A stretch of 64,000 nt of DNA from Nitrospirota bacterium (GCA_040758355.1 JBFLWF010000008.1:34494-98493), one strand, 5' to 3'. Shown: positions 29,889 to 41,518, numbered from the stretch's first letter. Numbers and translations: made by a program. Notes: generated by a model not told the origin, from the letters alone.

Positions 29889-31331
29889 TCACCTGTTTAC
29901 TGCATATCGCCAGATATGCAAAAGGATTTGCAGGATAATGCCTATTACCATGATAGGTGTAAATATCTTGTATATCATTGTGACAATAAATACCAGCGGT
30001 GCGTTTGCAAGGGTCGGTTCATAGTGTGAAAGCCATGCATCAGGGAAATTCTTTGCCGCATCCTTATGGCATTGCTGACACCTCCTGACGAGATTTGCCT
30101 TTACTGTTGCAGGGTCTGTGCTCCTTGTGCTGATTATATTGTGGGTGCCGTGGCAGTCTGTACATACTGCTATCTGGCGTGCAGGCTTGTTGAACTCCTC
30201 CCGTTGTTTTCTGTAAAAACTCAGCGTCACGCCGTGGAAGTCGGATAGATATGTCTTTACCACATCCGTTGAAAGTCCGTATTTTCTTACCACCGCCTCA
30301 TTTGCGTGGCAGTTGCTGCACATGTCCGGTATCTTTTCGCGATAATCCAGTGTGAGCGGGTTTTTTATGTCATGGGCTGTGTGGCAGTCTATGCATACAG
30401 GCACATCCTGATTGTGCTCGTCAAAGAGGGCCTTGCCGTGCACGCTTTTCGAATACACCTTGAATATCCCTGTATGGCATTTCCTGCACCTCTGTGCGAT
30501 GAGGGTCCTTTCCTTTCCGAAATGCAGTATCGAATGGGAGCCGTGGCAGTCTGTGCATACCGGTGCATTGAGGTATCCCTGGCTGAGCATCGCATAATGA
30601 ATGCTCTCCATTGTCTTTGTGTATTTATCGAAGTGGCAGCGCCTGCAGGTCTCTGCGTTTGCAATGGAAAGATCCCTTATGCCCTTGAAGTTCCTCTGTG
30701 GATGTTGAGAGTGGGAGAAGCCGAAATGGCAGTCGGAGCAGCTCAGCCTTTTGTGCACCGAATTTTGCAACAGCGACAGGTCTATTTTCAGCGACAGGTT
30801 TTCGCCGCTTTTAAAGCCCATATTTAATTTATGTCCATGACATTTCAAACAATACTGTTCTTCATTCTTATATGTCTTTCTGCTGACCGGCATTATTGAA
30901 TGTGAGCCGTGGCAGTTGGTGCATGGATGGGACATGCCAGAATCTTCTTCGGTCAATAGCCTGGAATGAATGGATTTTGTCTTTATCTGCTCGCACCTGT
31001 GGCATCTCCTGCAGGTCATTGCGGACTTTGTCTTGTACTGCTCCTTGCTCCTGAATCTCCTCTGTGGATGCCTCTCTCCTGTAAAATCGGCATGGCAGTC
31101 CGAGCATTTCAGAGAACCGTGGGCAGAGGCTTTAAATTTTTCAGAATCCACATATGCCTCTAACGAGTCTTTATTCTCGAATGTCTTGACCAGCCCATGC
31201 TGTGAATGGCATGAAAGGCATTTCTGCGCCTCGTCAGAAAGAGCGCTATTCTGTGATTCTGCAGGCGAGGCTGCAAAGATCAACAAAAGAAGCGCCGTCA
31301 TGATTCCCGTATGTGTGTTTTTTGAAAGCAT
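29889..31331 (-). CDS. Multiheme cytochrome c (13 CxxCH) with C-terminal membrane anchor
   Basis: 13 CxxCH motifs counted; signal peptide; C-terminal hydrophobic helix containing His; start uncertain (31331 or 31370). Confidence 0.9.
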   Translation of the reverse strand: MLSKNTHTGIMTALLLLIFAASPAESQNSALSDEAQKCLSCHSQHGLVKTFENKDSLEAYVDSEKFKASAHGSLKCSDCHADFTGERHPQRRFRSKEQYKTKSAMTCRRCHRCEQIKTKSIHSRLLTEEDSGMSHPCTNCHGSHSIMPVSRKTYKNEEQYCLKCHGHKLNMGFKSGENLSLKIDLSLLQNSVHKRLSCSDCHFGFSHSQHPQRNFKGIRDLSIANAETCRRCHFDKYTKTMESIHYAMLSQGYLNAPVCTDCHGSHSILHFGKERTLIAQRCRKCHTGIFKVYSKSVHGKALFDEHNQDVPVCIDCHTAHDIKNPLTLDYREKIPDMCSNCHANEAVVRKYGLSTDVVKTYLSDFHGVTLSFYRKQREEFNKPARQIAVCTDCHGTHNIISTRSTDPATVKANLVRRCQQCHKDAAKNFPDAWLSHYEPTLANAPLVFIVTMIYKIFTPIMVIGIILQILLHIWRYAVNR

Positions 31332-31332
31332 C

Positions 31333-32571
31333 TTAATGAAACTCCCTGTATTCAGGATGTTCGCGCACAACAGGCATGCGATTTACTATCCACCTGAAGA
31401 TGAGGATATGTATTGTTGCTATGGCAGCCACAATAGCCACTTCCTGCCATGGAGGAACAATGTGGTGTAGATGGTCGGGCAGATTCCAGTTGAATGCTAT
31501 TATGGAGACATTTATCCTGTTCAATACAACGCCTAAAACAGCGTAAAAGGCTCCGAACCTCACAATGCCGGAACCGGACTTCTTAACGCCGTATGTGAGG
31601 ATCATTGCAGGCATGAGCACAAAGCCGAGTATCTCCAATGTGAACCACTTTCCATAAGGCGTAGCGAGTAGATGCCAGTTGTTGTCATGGGCAATGCCCA
31701 CAAGTTTTAATGCAAAATAGACGAACATGCCAATGCATGCACCCTTTCCGAGACCGATGGTGAGCCTGTCGATATTTCCGAGAAAATTATTGTCTGCAGC
31801 GCTCCTCATGAATTTTGCAATGAGGGTGCTTACTACAATTACCATGGCAAGGGCAGCGTAAATACTTGAGCTGAGAAAGAGGTGTGGCAGATACGATGAG
31901 TACCAGAGCGGGTGCACCTTTCCGGGAGCAAGGAGGAATAATGCGCCCAGTGCCGACTGATGGAGTGTCGAGAGTATTATGCCTGCGATAGTCATGCCGA
32001 TGACGACCATAGTTGCCCACCTGTAGACCCTTCTTGATTTGAGCCATTCAAGTATTGCCTCGCTGAATTCTATGAACTGAACGGTTAGATAGGTTGCAAC
32101 ATGCCATGCCACAAGGAACAGGACAGATGCTGTTCCAAAGCCTATTATCATGGGATAGTAGATGCGCCAGGGCCTTCCGAGGTCTGTCATCAGGTAGATT
32201 ACGGCAAATAAATAGCCCATAAATCCTGTGAGTATGCCGAGCCTCACGAGGGGCTTATATCCCTTGAATCCGAATATGTAATAGGCTGTTCCCATTACAA
32301 ATCCTGTTGCTGAGAGAGGGACGCCGCCGAAGAGTCCCCAGCCGAGGAGGATTCCCCATGGATATTCATTTGATGCGTGTGTGACCGAGGCAAGGCCGTT
32401 TATGAAACGTATTGCGATGACAGGAATGCCTATGCTCAGTATAATGGCAGCAGCGATATTGAAGGGAGTGATGAGCCTTCTGCTGTATTCCGACCAAGAC
32501 ATTCCCATGAGCAGCTTATCCATAAACCATGACCTGAAGTTTTCGGTTTTTGTCAACGAACCATTACTCAT
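31333..32571 (-). CDS. NrfD/PsrC-family membrane subunit (HmcC/HybB-like)
   Basis: YPWG, DLGRPWR, LSTLHQSALG, HPLWYS; start 32571 overlaps upstream stop. Confidence 0.88.
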   Translation of the reverse strand: MSNGSLTKTENFRSWFMDKLLMGMSWSEYSRRLITPFNIAAAIILSIGIPVIAIRFINGLASVTHASNEYPWGILLGWGLFGGVPLSATGFVMGTAYYIFGFKGYKPLVRLGILTGFMGYLFAVIYLMTDLGRPWRIYYPMIIGFGTASVLFLVAWHVATYLTVQFIEFSEAILEWLKSRRVYRWATMVVIGMTIAGIILSTLHQSALGALFLLAPGKVHPLWYSSYLPHLFLSSSIYAALAMVIVVSTLIAKFMRSAADNNFLGNIDRLTIGLGKGACIGMFVYFALKLVGIAHDNNWHLLATPYGKWFTLEILGFVLMPAMILTYGVKKSGSGIVRFGAFYAVLGVVLNRINVSIIAFNWNLPDHLHHIVPPWQEVAIVAAIATIHILIFRWIVNRMPVVREHPEYREFH

Positions 32572-33520
32572 GTCTGTCCTCCTCTTTTTTATGTCTTGAA
32601 TTTTTTTCAATCTCCTCCCTGTGTCTAAGGGCTGCATAGACCATACCGAACATGGCAGGCCAGACAGTAAAGACAACAGGCACTGCACCGAGGAATCCCT
32701 TTGTCTCTTCGATTAGCGGCTTCTTCGGGAGATTTGCAGGGAAATCCAGTTGCTCGAACGGCACCCCGGATAAATACATCCAGCCCGTGCCTCCAGCCTC
32801 GTGTTCGCCATAGATATGGTCGATATACCTGTCAGGGTTTTCCATTATCTTCTTCCGTGCAACTTTTATGAGATCGTTCCTTTTGCCGAATGTCACTGCA
32901 CCGGCAGGACATGCCTCTGCACATGCGGGCATGCCTCCGGTTTTAATCCTGTCGTGGCACATGACGCACTTCACGATCTTCGGTTCAAAGGCGCTTTCAT
33001 AGTCATATGCAGGGACATAGAAAGGACATGCTATCATGCAGTACCTGCATCCAAAGCACTTTTCAGGGTCGTAGAGCACAGCGCCTTCAGGCGTCTTTGT
33101 ATATGCATGTATCGGGCATGCGGATGCGCATGCAGGCTCATTGCAGTGGTTGCACTGTATCTTCCTGTAAATGGGTTTGCTCCCGTCTTTTGGGTTTTTG
33201 TACTGGTTAACTACGGTATATGCCTGTGCAGTCGGCCTTCTCTTTTCTTTAAAGACAGAGCCTTCGTCAAATGGGACATCCGGCTTGGGCAGGTTATTTG
33301 CCTCATTGCATGCCTTTTCGCAGCTCCTGCACCCGACGCATGCTGTCAGGTCAGTAAGGCAGCCAAAGCGGTCAGGCCAGCCGGCGAATTCCTTTGATGC
33401 AGATGCATCCTTATAGCTTCCGAGAAGCGCAGTGCCTCCGATGGCTGCAGCGCTGCCGATTAAAAAGTTTCTGCGGCTTATTGCTGGACTGTCTTTTTTG
33501 TTGTCTTTCGATTTATCCAT
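32564..33520 (-). CDS. Tat-exported 4Fe-4S ferredoxin subunit (HmcB/HybA-like)
   Basis: SRRNFL Tat signal; CVGCRSC, CNHC.EPAC, CFGCRYC, KCVMC; C-terminal TM. Confidence 0.9.
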   Translation of the reverse strand: MDKSKDNKKDSPAISRRNFLIGSAAAIGGTALLGSYKDASASKEFAGWPDRFGCLTDLTACVGCRSCEKACNEANNLPKPDVPFDEGSVFKEKRRPTAQAYTVVNQYKNPKDGSKPIYRKIQCNHCNEPACASACPIHAYTKTPEGAVLYDPEKCFGCRYCMIACPFYVPAYDYESAFEPKIVKCVMCHDRIKTGGMPACAEACPAGAVTFGKRNDLIKVARKKIMENPDRYIDHIYGEHEAGGTGWMYLSGVPFEQLDFPANLPKKPLIEETKGFLGAVPVVFTVWPAMFGMVYAALRHREEIEKNSRHKKEEDRHE

Positions 33521-33533
33521 AAATAGTCCTCCT

Positions 33534-34001
33534 TTACTTTCTTGTCTTCATGCTTACCCTTTGTTCCTTTTTCGCATGACACATCTGGGTGCAGCCTTTC
33601 GGGTCTATTCCCACATTGCCCATTCCCCTGTGGCACTGAAAGCATGTGCGGTGGTATGCGACTTTGAGTCCCGGCATACCCGGCATATTGGGATTAAAAA
33701 CTCCATGGCAGTTTTTGCATGACATAAAGCCATTGACGACGGAATTCTGGAATGTGGATGGACTGACAGAATGGCAGTCCCTGCATGGAAGAGTGCCGCT
33801 GTTTCCATGCTGGTGGTGGCATATGCCGCAGTTGCCTGCTATGGATATATGCTTTGAGTGGTTGAATTTTACCGGCTCATATTTATCCGATATGCTGTCC
33901 AGCTTGAAGAATAGATTTGAATTCGTAATTTCTGCATAGAGGGACGCCGTAAAGAAAATGCAGATTATGGTTAAAATAATAAGGATTGCTAATCTTTTCA
34001 T
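33534..34001 (-). CDS. Cytochrome c3-like periplasmic cytochrome (4 CxxCH + 1 CxxxCH)
   Basis: V.F.H..H, CGICHH, CRDCH, CKNCH, CFQCH, CTQMCH. Confidence 0.85.
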   Translation of the reverse strand: MKRLAILIILTIICIFFTASLYAEITNSNLFFKLDSISDKYEPVKFNHSKHISIAGNCGICHHQHGNSGTLPCRDCHSVSPSTFQNSVVNGFMSCKNCHGVFNPNMPGMPGLKVAYHRTCFQCHRGMGNVGIDPKGCTQMCHAKKEQRVSMKTRK

Positions 34002-34092
34002 TATTCCCCTCCTTGTCAGCAATCCCTGTCGATTGGATATATGTTACGGCAGGGATTGCTGATTCCTGTGTGCGTTCATAAGCTCTGAATAG

Positions 34093-34500
34093 TTATTTGC
34101 CTTCAGACTCTTTTGTCTCATCTTTCTCTTTTTTCTCCTTTTTCTTGCCTGACAGATATGCCTCCGAAGGCCTCCATCCAAAGGATGCTTCTTTGCCGGC
34201 AAGGCCGAGCATGCCGTTGATTGCTGCAGAGCCGAGGGCATATGCAAAACCAATGGGGAGTGCGACGATGTATGCAAGACCGATAAAGGGAGCTGCCATT
34301 ACTTTTCCCATGGTTTTAACGGCACCACCTAATCCCATTATTCTGATGTGATGCATATCTGCCTTGCCTGCCTCGGCCACGGACTTGAAGGGTTTGGGCT
34401 TGAGGAATTCCCAGTAGACAATGTATATCCCTATTGCTGATATGGCTACCAGATACTCTACAGTCTTGATGTGGGTTATGAAATCAAAGAGTGTTTGCAT
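34093..34500 (-). CDS. Small membrane protein; N-terminus HmcD-like, C-terminus shared with upstream gene
   Basis: TLFDFITHIK.VEY...W.FL; FGWRPSEAYLSGKKK; GGAGG RBS before 34500. Confidence 0.7.
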   Translation of the reverse strand: MQTLFDFITHIKTVEYLVAISAIGIYIVYWEFLKPKPFKSVAEAGKADMHHIRIMGLGGAVKTMGKVMAAPFIGLAYIVALPIGFAYALGSAAINGMLGLAGKEASFGWRPSEAYLSGKKKEKKEKDETKESEGK

Positions 34501-34502
34501 AT

Positions 34503-34742
34503 TTACCTCCTTCTTTTTTTCTTTTTTCCTGACAGGTAAGCCTCTGAAGGCCTCCATCCAAAGGATACGAGGCTTCTCAGCAGACTCAGTATGCCGCTCA
34601 GTGCCTTTTTGCCGATTAATATCACTATTGTTGCGATAGCGATGAAGGGCATGGATATCACATATACCAGCCCGATGATCGGGCCTAACAACAATGCGGC
34701 TATTCCTTTTCCCGTGCCTTTTTCTTCATAGTATGCGAGCAT
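34503..34742 (-). CDS. Small membrane protein paralogous to C-terminal half of downstream gene
   Basis: GPIIGLVYVISMP and FGWRPSEAYLSGKKK; AAGGAGGT RBS. Confidence 0.7.
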   Translation of the reverse strand: MLAYYEEKGTGKGIAALLLGPIIGLVYVISMPFIAIATIVILIGKKALSGILSLLRSLVSFGWRPSEAYLSGKKKKRRR

Positions 34743-34823
34743 CTTTCTCACCTCCTTTAGGTCTCTTTTTTGAAGATTTCTTTTTTACCTGATTACACTA
34801 TAGTGGATAATTCAAAGGAATAA

Positions 34824-34843
34824 AATTGGAAGAACTTCCTATT
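34824..34843. promoter_or_regulatory. Imperfect palindrome upstream of cytochrome operon, candidate NarL-type regulator site
   Basis: AATTGGAAG-AA-CTTCCTATT about 30-35 bp upstream of a TATAGT -10 candidate (34797-34802, minus strand). Confidence 0.35.
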
Positions 34844-34890
34844 TTGGGCAGGAATTTTTTCTTAGATGGAGGCGAAAGTTGTATGAGAGG

Positions 34891-35418
34891 CTATCGTATC
34901 ATGCTCTCTGCGATTTTCAGCAGTTCAGGAGGGCTCGTCTTTGCCGTGACGGTTATTCTATATCTTCCATCGTCCCATGCAATCCTGCTGCACGGCTCTT
35001 CGTCTTTGCACACGCCTGTTTCGAGCAACACATTTCTGCCTTTCACAGGATAATTGACCCTATCCTTGATCTGAATTATTTTGATTTTTTCATCAGCCTT
35101 GAAATTTTTAGAAGAGGCGTGTGAGATAACGAGGGCAACTTCTGCTTTTGAGGAATTGTTAAACTCCATCACTACTGCTGTGAAGGGCTTGTTCTGTGCA
35201 AATATTTCTGATGGAGGCCATACAAGGCTCTGGGGAAAATAGGAGGGAATAGGGATTTCCTTAATGTTTAATTTCGATTTAACGTCTTCGATGCTGTTAT
35301 ACCTCCTCATTGTATCTTTCTGGATCATCATGGGGAGATAATTGAAAATCTTCAATGCCGCAATGAGTATTGCAACAGTTAAAACAAAATAAAAGAAATT
35401 GAGAAATTTTTTATTCAT
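34891..35418 (-). CDS. Hypothetical membrane-anchored protein
   Basis: N-terminal TM, PSYFP motif, GGAGG RBS. Confidence 0.7.
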   Translation of the reverse strand: MNKKFLNFFYFVLTVAILIAALKIFNYLPMMIQKDTMRRYNSIEDVKSKLNIKEIPIPSYFPQSLVWPPSEIFAQNKPFTAVVMEFNNSSKAEVALVISHASSKNFKADEKIKIIQIKDRVNYPVKGRNVLLETGVCKDEEPCSRIAWDDGRYRITVTAKTSPPELLKIAESMIR

Positions 35419-35434
35419 TTATTTTCCCTCCGAG

Positions 35435-35479
35435 ATCCAGCGATAAGGATAAGTCAGAGACCCATCCTTATCGCTGGAT
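35435..35479. terminator. 16-bp inverted repeat (terminator or RNA-processing hairpin)
   Basis: ATCCAGCGATAAGGAT ... ATCCTTATCGCTGGAT; no clear U-tract. Confidence 0.45.
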
Positions 35480-35486
35480 TTGCATA

Positions 35487-36485
35487 TCATACAACAAAAT
35501 AGTTTATTCCCATGATTACAATGACCGTTAGCAAAAGCTTAAGCCATTCTCCGCCTGTTTTATGAATACCTCCCTTTTCCAGCCTGTGTATCCTGCCCTC
35601 AATATGGGCGTTATGGCTGTATTCTTCGATGGAATCCCTCATCTCCGAGAGTTTTCTAAACTGTAGTAGATTGGTATTTTCGTTTTTATGATAGAGTTTT
35701 TTAAGGGCCTCGGACAGGGCATGTGGTTTTTGGGTTAAAGCTACTGCCATGTCATCACATATCTTTTCTTCTTCCTGAACGAGCCTTCTGAATTCCAGAA
35801 GAGCCACAGGATTAAAGAACATGATTACCCTGAAAAGGAATACGGCTATGAGCAGCGGCTTTTTGTTTCTTGCTATGTGCGCCATCTCATGGGCGATGGC
35901 TGCCTGCAACTGCTCTTTATCGAGAGTTTTTATGAGTCCTGTTGATATGAATACAGCGGCATTTCTGCCCGTTGTTGAAAAAAGGACATGATCGTCATCC
36001 GCCAATACAAGGATATCGGGCTTTTCTGCAGCCAAATCTGCTATTGCCTCATTGACGATTGGATAATCTTCAGGCTCTCCTGCTTCCACATCCGGGTTTT
36101 TTGATTCGAATGTATTTTTTAAAACCGGAATCAGTTCCTGAAATAGAAAGATTGCTGCTGTGATGAGCAGTATGGAAATGAAAAATATCCATAACGGCAT
36201 GATTTCAAATATTTCTAAATTGAGCCATCGGTTGATATCGAAAAGGGACTCCATCCTGAATGATACAGAGCCCCTGTCAGGATTTATTGCCTGATAAAGA
36301 GGGAATGAAAAGACAGGCAGTAAGACCACTATGAGATGGAATCGCTGTCTTATTAAGGGATCGTTGATGTGCCAGATGTGCATTGCCCTGTTCACGACAA
36401 CAAAGGCTATTATCGAATGGCAGAATGCCTGTGCCATAAACATGCCCAAATAGGAATTGAACAAGGAATTGAAAAAGCTGGTCAT
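35487..36485 (-). CDS. M56/M48-family membrane zinc metallopeptidase
   Basis: IAHEMAH, EKICDD, several TM helices. Confidence 0.85.
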   Translation of the reverse strand: MTSFFNSLFNSYLGMFMAQAFCHSIIAFVVVNRAMHIWHINDPLIRQRFHLIVVLLPVFSFPLYQAINPDRGSVSFRMESLFDINRWLNLEIFEIMPLWIFFISILLITAAIFLFQELIPVLKNTFESKNPDVEAGEPEDYPIVNEAIADLAAEKPDILVLADDDHVLFSTTGRNAAVFISTGLIKTLDKEQLQAAIAHEMAHIARNKKPLLIAVFLFRVIMFFNPVALLEFRRLVQEEEKICDDMAVALTQKPHALSEALKKLYHKNENTNLLQFRKLSEMRDSIEEYSHNAHIEGRIHRLEKGGIHKTGGEWLKLLLTVIVIMGINYFVV

Positions 36486-37216
36486 TCGTTATAGATTTCT
36501 CTCATCTCATCTGTATAACTTCCATCTTCATTATATATGAAAAAAGGCCTTTCTGTTTTAAGTCCTGCACGGCCTCCCTTGACTGCCTCTATCAATACCA
36601 TTTTTGCTTCAGAGGATATGGTGGAATGGATAAAGCGCAGACGTTTAGGCTCCAAATTGTTTTCCTTTAAGGCATCCATTATCTCTGTCAGCCTTTCAGG
36701 CAGATGTATAATGCAGAGTCTTCCGTGATGTTTTAGAAGTGTAGAGCCTGCTGTTACCATATCTTTTAGAGATAATTTGATTTCATGCCTCGCTATTGCC
36801 TTTTCATCGCCGATGCTCAGACGGCCTGTCTTTACCTTCCTGAAGGGAGGGTTTGAGACAACAAGGTCAGAATCAGTGAATGGGAGAATGGGTAAATGGG
36901 TGAACAGACGGGTTTTTGATAATTCTTTTAAATCTGCTCGAATAACTTTTACCCTCTCTTCAAGTTTGTTTAAAACGACATTTTTCTCTGCAAGCCTTGC
37001 GAGGCTTTTTTGGAGTTCGATTAGTGTGACTTCTGCATGCGGATATTTCTTTGCGAGGAGTATCCCGATAATTCCTGAGCCTGCGCCTAAATCAGCGATC
37101 TTTTTGACCCTCGGCAAATTAATGAATGAGAAGAGAAGGAGTGCATCCACTGAAAAGCGATAGCCGTTTTTGTTTTGATATATCTGGATGTCCCTTATGC
37201 TGTCGAGGGTAAGCAT
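36482..37216 (-). CDS. tRNA1(Val) adenine-37 N6-methyltransferase family (YfiC/TrmN6-like)
   Basis: GYRFSVDALLL, DLGAGSG, NPPF, IARHE. Confidence 0.88.
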   Translation of the reverse strand: MLTLDSIRDIQIYQNKNGYRFSVDALLLFSFINLPRVKKIADLGAGSGIIGILLAKKYPHAEVTLIELQKSLARLAEKNVVLNKLEERVKVIRADLKELSKTRLFTHLPILPFTDSDLVVSNPPFRKVKTGRLSIGDEKAIARHEIKLSLKDMVTAGSTLLKHHGRLCIIHLPERLTEIMDALKENNLEPKRLRFIHSTISSEAKMVLIEAVKGGRAGLKTERPFFIYNEDGSYTDEMREIYNE

Positions 37217-37233
37217 TGGTTTTGACTAACAGC

Positions 37234-38316
37234 CTACTCCTCATTGATGAGTTCAATAAGGGCTTTGAGTAATTCCTCTTCCTTCACCTTCTTCACCACT
37301 TCCCCTTTTTTAAACACAAGTCCCATGCCTTTGCCGCCTGCAATGCCGAAGTCAGCCTCCCGCGCTTCACCGGGGCCGTTTACAACGCATCCCATGACAG
37401 CAACGCTTATTGGCTTTTTTATGTCATTAAGGATTTTTTCAACCTTCTGTGCCATGGGTTTCAGGTCTATCTGACATCTTCCGCATGTAGGGCATGATAT
37501 TATCTCCGGGCCATGCTGCCTTAAGCCGAGGGATTTTAATATTTCGTAGGCAACCTTTACTTCCTCTTCAGGCTCTGCAGTCAGCGATACCCTCATTGTA
37601 TCGCCTATGCCTTCTGAAAGCAGGACTCCAAGTCCAACAGCGCTCTTTATCATTCCGCTGAATGGAGGCCCTGCCTCTGAGATGCCTATGTGCAGGGGAT
37701 AATCATGTCTGTTGGAAAATAACCTGTATGCATCAACTGTCTTCATTACATTTGATGCCTTAAGGGATACCTTGATGCCATGGAAATTCAGTTCCTCCAG
37801 GATTTTTATGTGTCCTTCGGCACTCTCAACGAGTGCCTCCGGCGTCGGGTGGCCGTATTTCTGGAGCAATTCTTTTTCGAGGGAGCCTGCATTTACGCCG
37901 ATCCTTATGGGGATGTTTTTTTCTTTAGCTGCTGCAACAACCTCTTCGATCTTCCATTTTGCGCCGATATTGCCTGGATTTAGCCTCAGTCCGTCTATTC
38001 CCTGCTTAATTGCCTCAAGTGCTAATCTCCAGTCAAAATGGATGTCGGCAATCATAGGAATTGAGCGTTGAGCGTTGAGCGTTGAGCGTTGAGTTAGTTC
38101 AGTCTTTATCTTTCCGAGGGCAAGGGCCGCTTCCATATCAGGAACAGCGAGCCTTATAATCTCACAGCCGGCTGACTCAAGGGCGAGTATCTGTTGGACT
38201 GTTGCATTCACATCCCTCGTGTCTGTCTTTGTCATAGACTGCACAGAGATGGGGCTTCCTCCACCCACGGCGACACTGCCTACATGGATCTGCCTTGTTT
38301 GCTTCCTTTCAATCAT
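37234..38316 (-). CDS. ispG: 4-hydroxy-3-methylbut-2-en-1-yl diphosphate synthase
   Basis: SVQSMT, ADIHFD, R.NPGN, CPTCGRC, MGCVVNGPGE. Confidence 0.97.
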   Translation of the reverse strand: MIERKQTRQIHVGSVAVGGGSPISVQSMTKTDTRDVNATVQQILALESAGCEIIRLAVPDMEAALALGKIKTELTQRSTLNAQRSIPMIADIHFDWRLALEAIKQGIDGLRLNPGNIGAKWKIEEVVAAAKEKNIPIRIGVNAGSLEKELLQKYGHPTPEALVESAEGHIKILEELNFHGIKVSLKASNVMKTVDAYRLFSNRHDYPLHIGISEAGPPFSGMIKSAVGLGVLLSEGIGDTMRVSLTAEPEEEVKVAYEILKSLGLRQHGPEIISCPTCGRCQIDLKPMAQKVEKILNDIKKPISVAVMGCVVNGPGEAREADFGIAGGKGMGLVFKKGEVVKKVKEEELLKALIELINEE

Positions 38317-38318
38317 TT

Positions 38319-39389
38319 TTATCCTTCTTTGTCCTCTTCTGAAATATTATTTGCAGAGAGTCTCTCTTTTTCGAGCCTTGCTGACTCTTTCATCGCCTTA
38401 ATCCGCTTTATTGCCGCATTATGTTCCGATAATGTCTTCGAAAAATAATGCGTGCCGTCATTCTTTGAGACAAAATAAAGATAAGGCACCTTTGCCGGAT
38501 GCAATGCTGCTACTATTGATTTTATTCCTGGAGATGCAATAGGCCCCGGCGGCAATCCTTTTATGACATATGTGTTGTAGTCCGTCTTTTTCCTCAGGTC
38601 ATTCCTTGTTATTCTGTGCTTATTGCTTTTTACTCCATATATTGCTGTTGGGTCTGCCTGCAGAGGCATGCCCTTTTTTATCCTGTTATGATAAACAGCG
38701 GATATTAGAGGCCTTTCTTCATCGGTCTTAGCCTCCCGCTCAATGATGGATGCCAGTGTTAAAACCTCATTTTCGCTCCATCCGATCTCTTCTGCACGCT
38801 CTCTCAGTTCATTATTAAATTCGTCCCTCATTTTATTTACCATCAGCTTTAACACGGCAATCGGCTTTGCACCTTTGGCAAATTTGTATGTCTGGGGGAA
38901 TAGATACCCCTCAAGGCTCGGCGCATCTATATCGAGGGAATATAAAAAACCTTTGTCTTTTGTGAGCGAATTAAATGCCTCCTGAGGCATGATTTTGTTG
39001 TAAGCAAGCTTCCTGCCTATTTCAAGAAGGCTGTCGCCTTCGACTATTGTTATTTCGTACTCAATGATCCTGCCGCTTTTTAATTTCTTGAGGACCTGAA
39101 TCGGGCTCATGTTCCCCCAGAAAACATAGTAACCCGCCCTTATCCTTTTATCGAGCCGTGCTATCCTGCCAACGAGCGTGAAGAGGTTTCTGTCCCTTAT
39201 GAGATTGTTCTTTGCAAGTATATCTACTGCCTGTCTGTACGATGCCCCTTCTGGTATTTCTATCTCTATCTGTTTGCCTCCTCTGTTTGAAGGCACAAAG
39301 AGCTGGATGCCTATGTATGATAGGAAAAGAAAAGATATGGATATGGCTATTAGTTTGATATTGTTTTTCATTTTGGATGCCTTTAGCAT
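38319..39389 (-). CDS. mltG: Endolytic transglycosylase MltG
   Basis: LEGYLFP.TY, ASIIERE, LQADPT, YNTY...GLPPGPI. Confidence 0.95.
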   Translation of the reverse strand: MLKASKMKNNIKLIAISISFLFLSYIGIQLFVPSNRGGKQIEIEIPEGASYRQAVDILAKNNLIRDRNLFTLVGRIARLDKRIRAGYYVFWGNMSPIQVLKKLKSGRIIEYEITIVEGDSLLEIGRKLAYNKIMPQEAFNSLTKDKGFLYSLDIDAPSLEGYLFPQTYKFAKGAKPIAVLKLMVNKMRDEFNNELRERAEEIGWSENEVLTLASIIEREAKTDEERPLISAVYHNRIKKGMPLQADPTAIYGVKSNKHRITRNDLRKKTDYNTYVIKGLPPGPIASPGIKSIVAALHPAKVPYLYFVSKNDGTHYFSKTLSEHNAAIKRIKAMKESARLEKERLSANNISEEDKEG

Positions 39390-39487
39390 TGTAATTCTTG
39401 CGAGTGTTTTTCGGTATGTTATTTAGGCATGACTTTTAAATCGGTATCCTTAGAATAACAGATTGGGGATTGAAACTACAAGCATTA

Positions 39488-39529
39488 AGAAGTGATGGCG
39501 ACCCGCATAAACGGGTCGCCATCACTTCT
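39488..39529. terminator. Terminator hairpin downstream of groL
   Basis: AGAAGTGATGGCGACCCG-CATAAA-CGGGTCGCCATCACTTCT. Confidence 0.75.
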
Positions 39530-39540
39530 GTGTTCTGTTT

Positions 39541-41175
<1,635 letters not shown>

Positions 41176-41188
41176 TTATCTCCTCCTT

Positions 41189-41452
41189 TTATTCGATAAT
41201 TCCTAAGATGTCTTCTTCTTTGATGATTAAGTATTCAGTGTCATTGAGCTTGATCTTTGATCCTGAATATTTGTCAAAGAGCACTGTGTTGCCTTTCTTC
41301 ACCTCTTTGACCTCTGATCCTACGGCTTCTACTGTTCCTCTCTGGGGCTTCTCCTTGGCCACATCAGGCACATAGATGCCGCCCGATGTCTTTTCCATTT
41401 CTTCCTCAGAGTACTTCACAACTACTCTGTCTTTGAGTGGTTTGATCTTCAT
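41189..41452 (-). CDS. groS: Co-chaperonin GroES
   Basis: IKPLKDRVVV, GGIYVPD.AKEKP. Confidence 0.96.
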   Translation of the reverse strand: MKIKPLKDRVVVKYSEEEMEKTSGGIYVPDVAKEKPQRGTVEAVGSEVKEVKKGNTVLFDKYSGSKIKLNDTEYLIIKEEDILGIIE

Positions 41453-41491
41453 ACGATACCTCCTTCGTTAGTTTTTAGTGTTTAGTTTTTA

Positions 41492-41518
41492 TTAGCACTC
41501 ATCTAAGACGAGTGCTAA
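41492..41518. promoter_or_regulatory. CIRCE element (HrcA operator)
   Basis: Perfect TTAGCACTC-N9-GAGTGCTAA upstream of groS. Confidence 0.95.

Noticed and set aside
29876..29889. Frameshift splitting a single CbcL-like gene
   Set aside because: The cytochrome b ORF has its own GGGAGG RBS and ATG after the stop, so two genes are more plausible.
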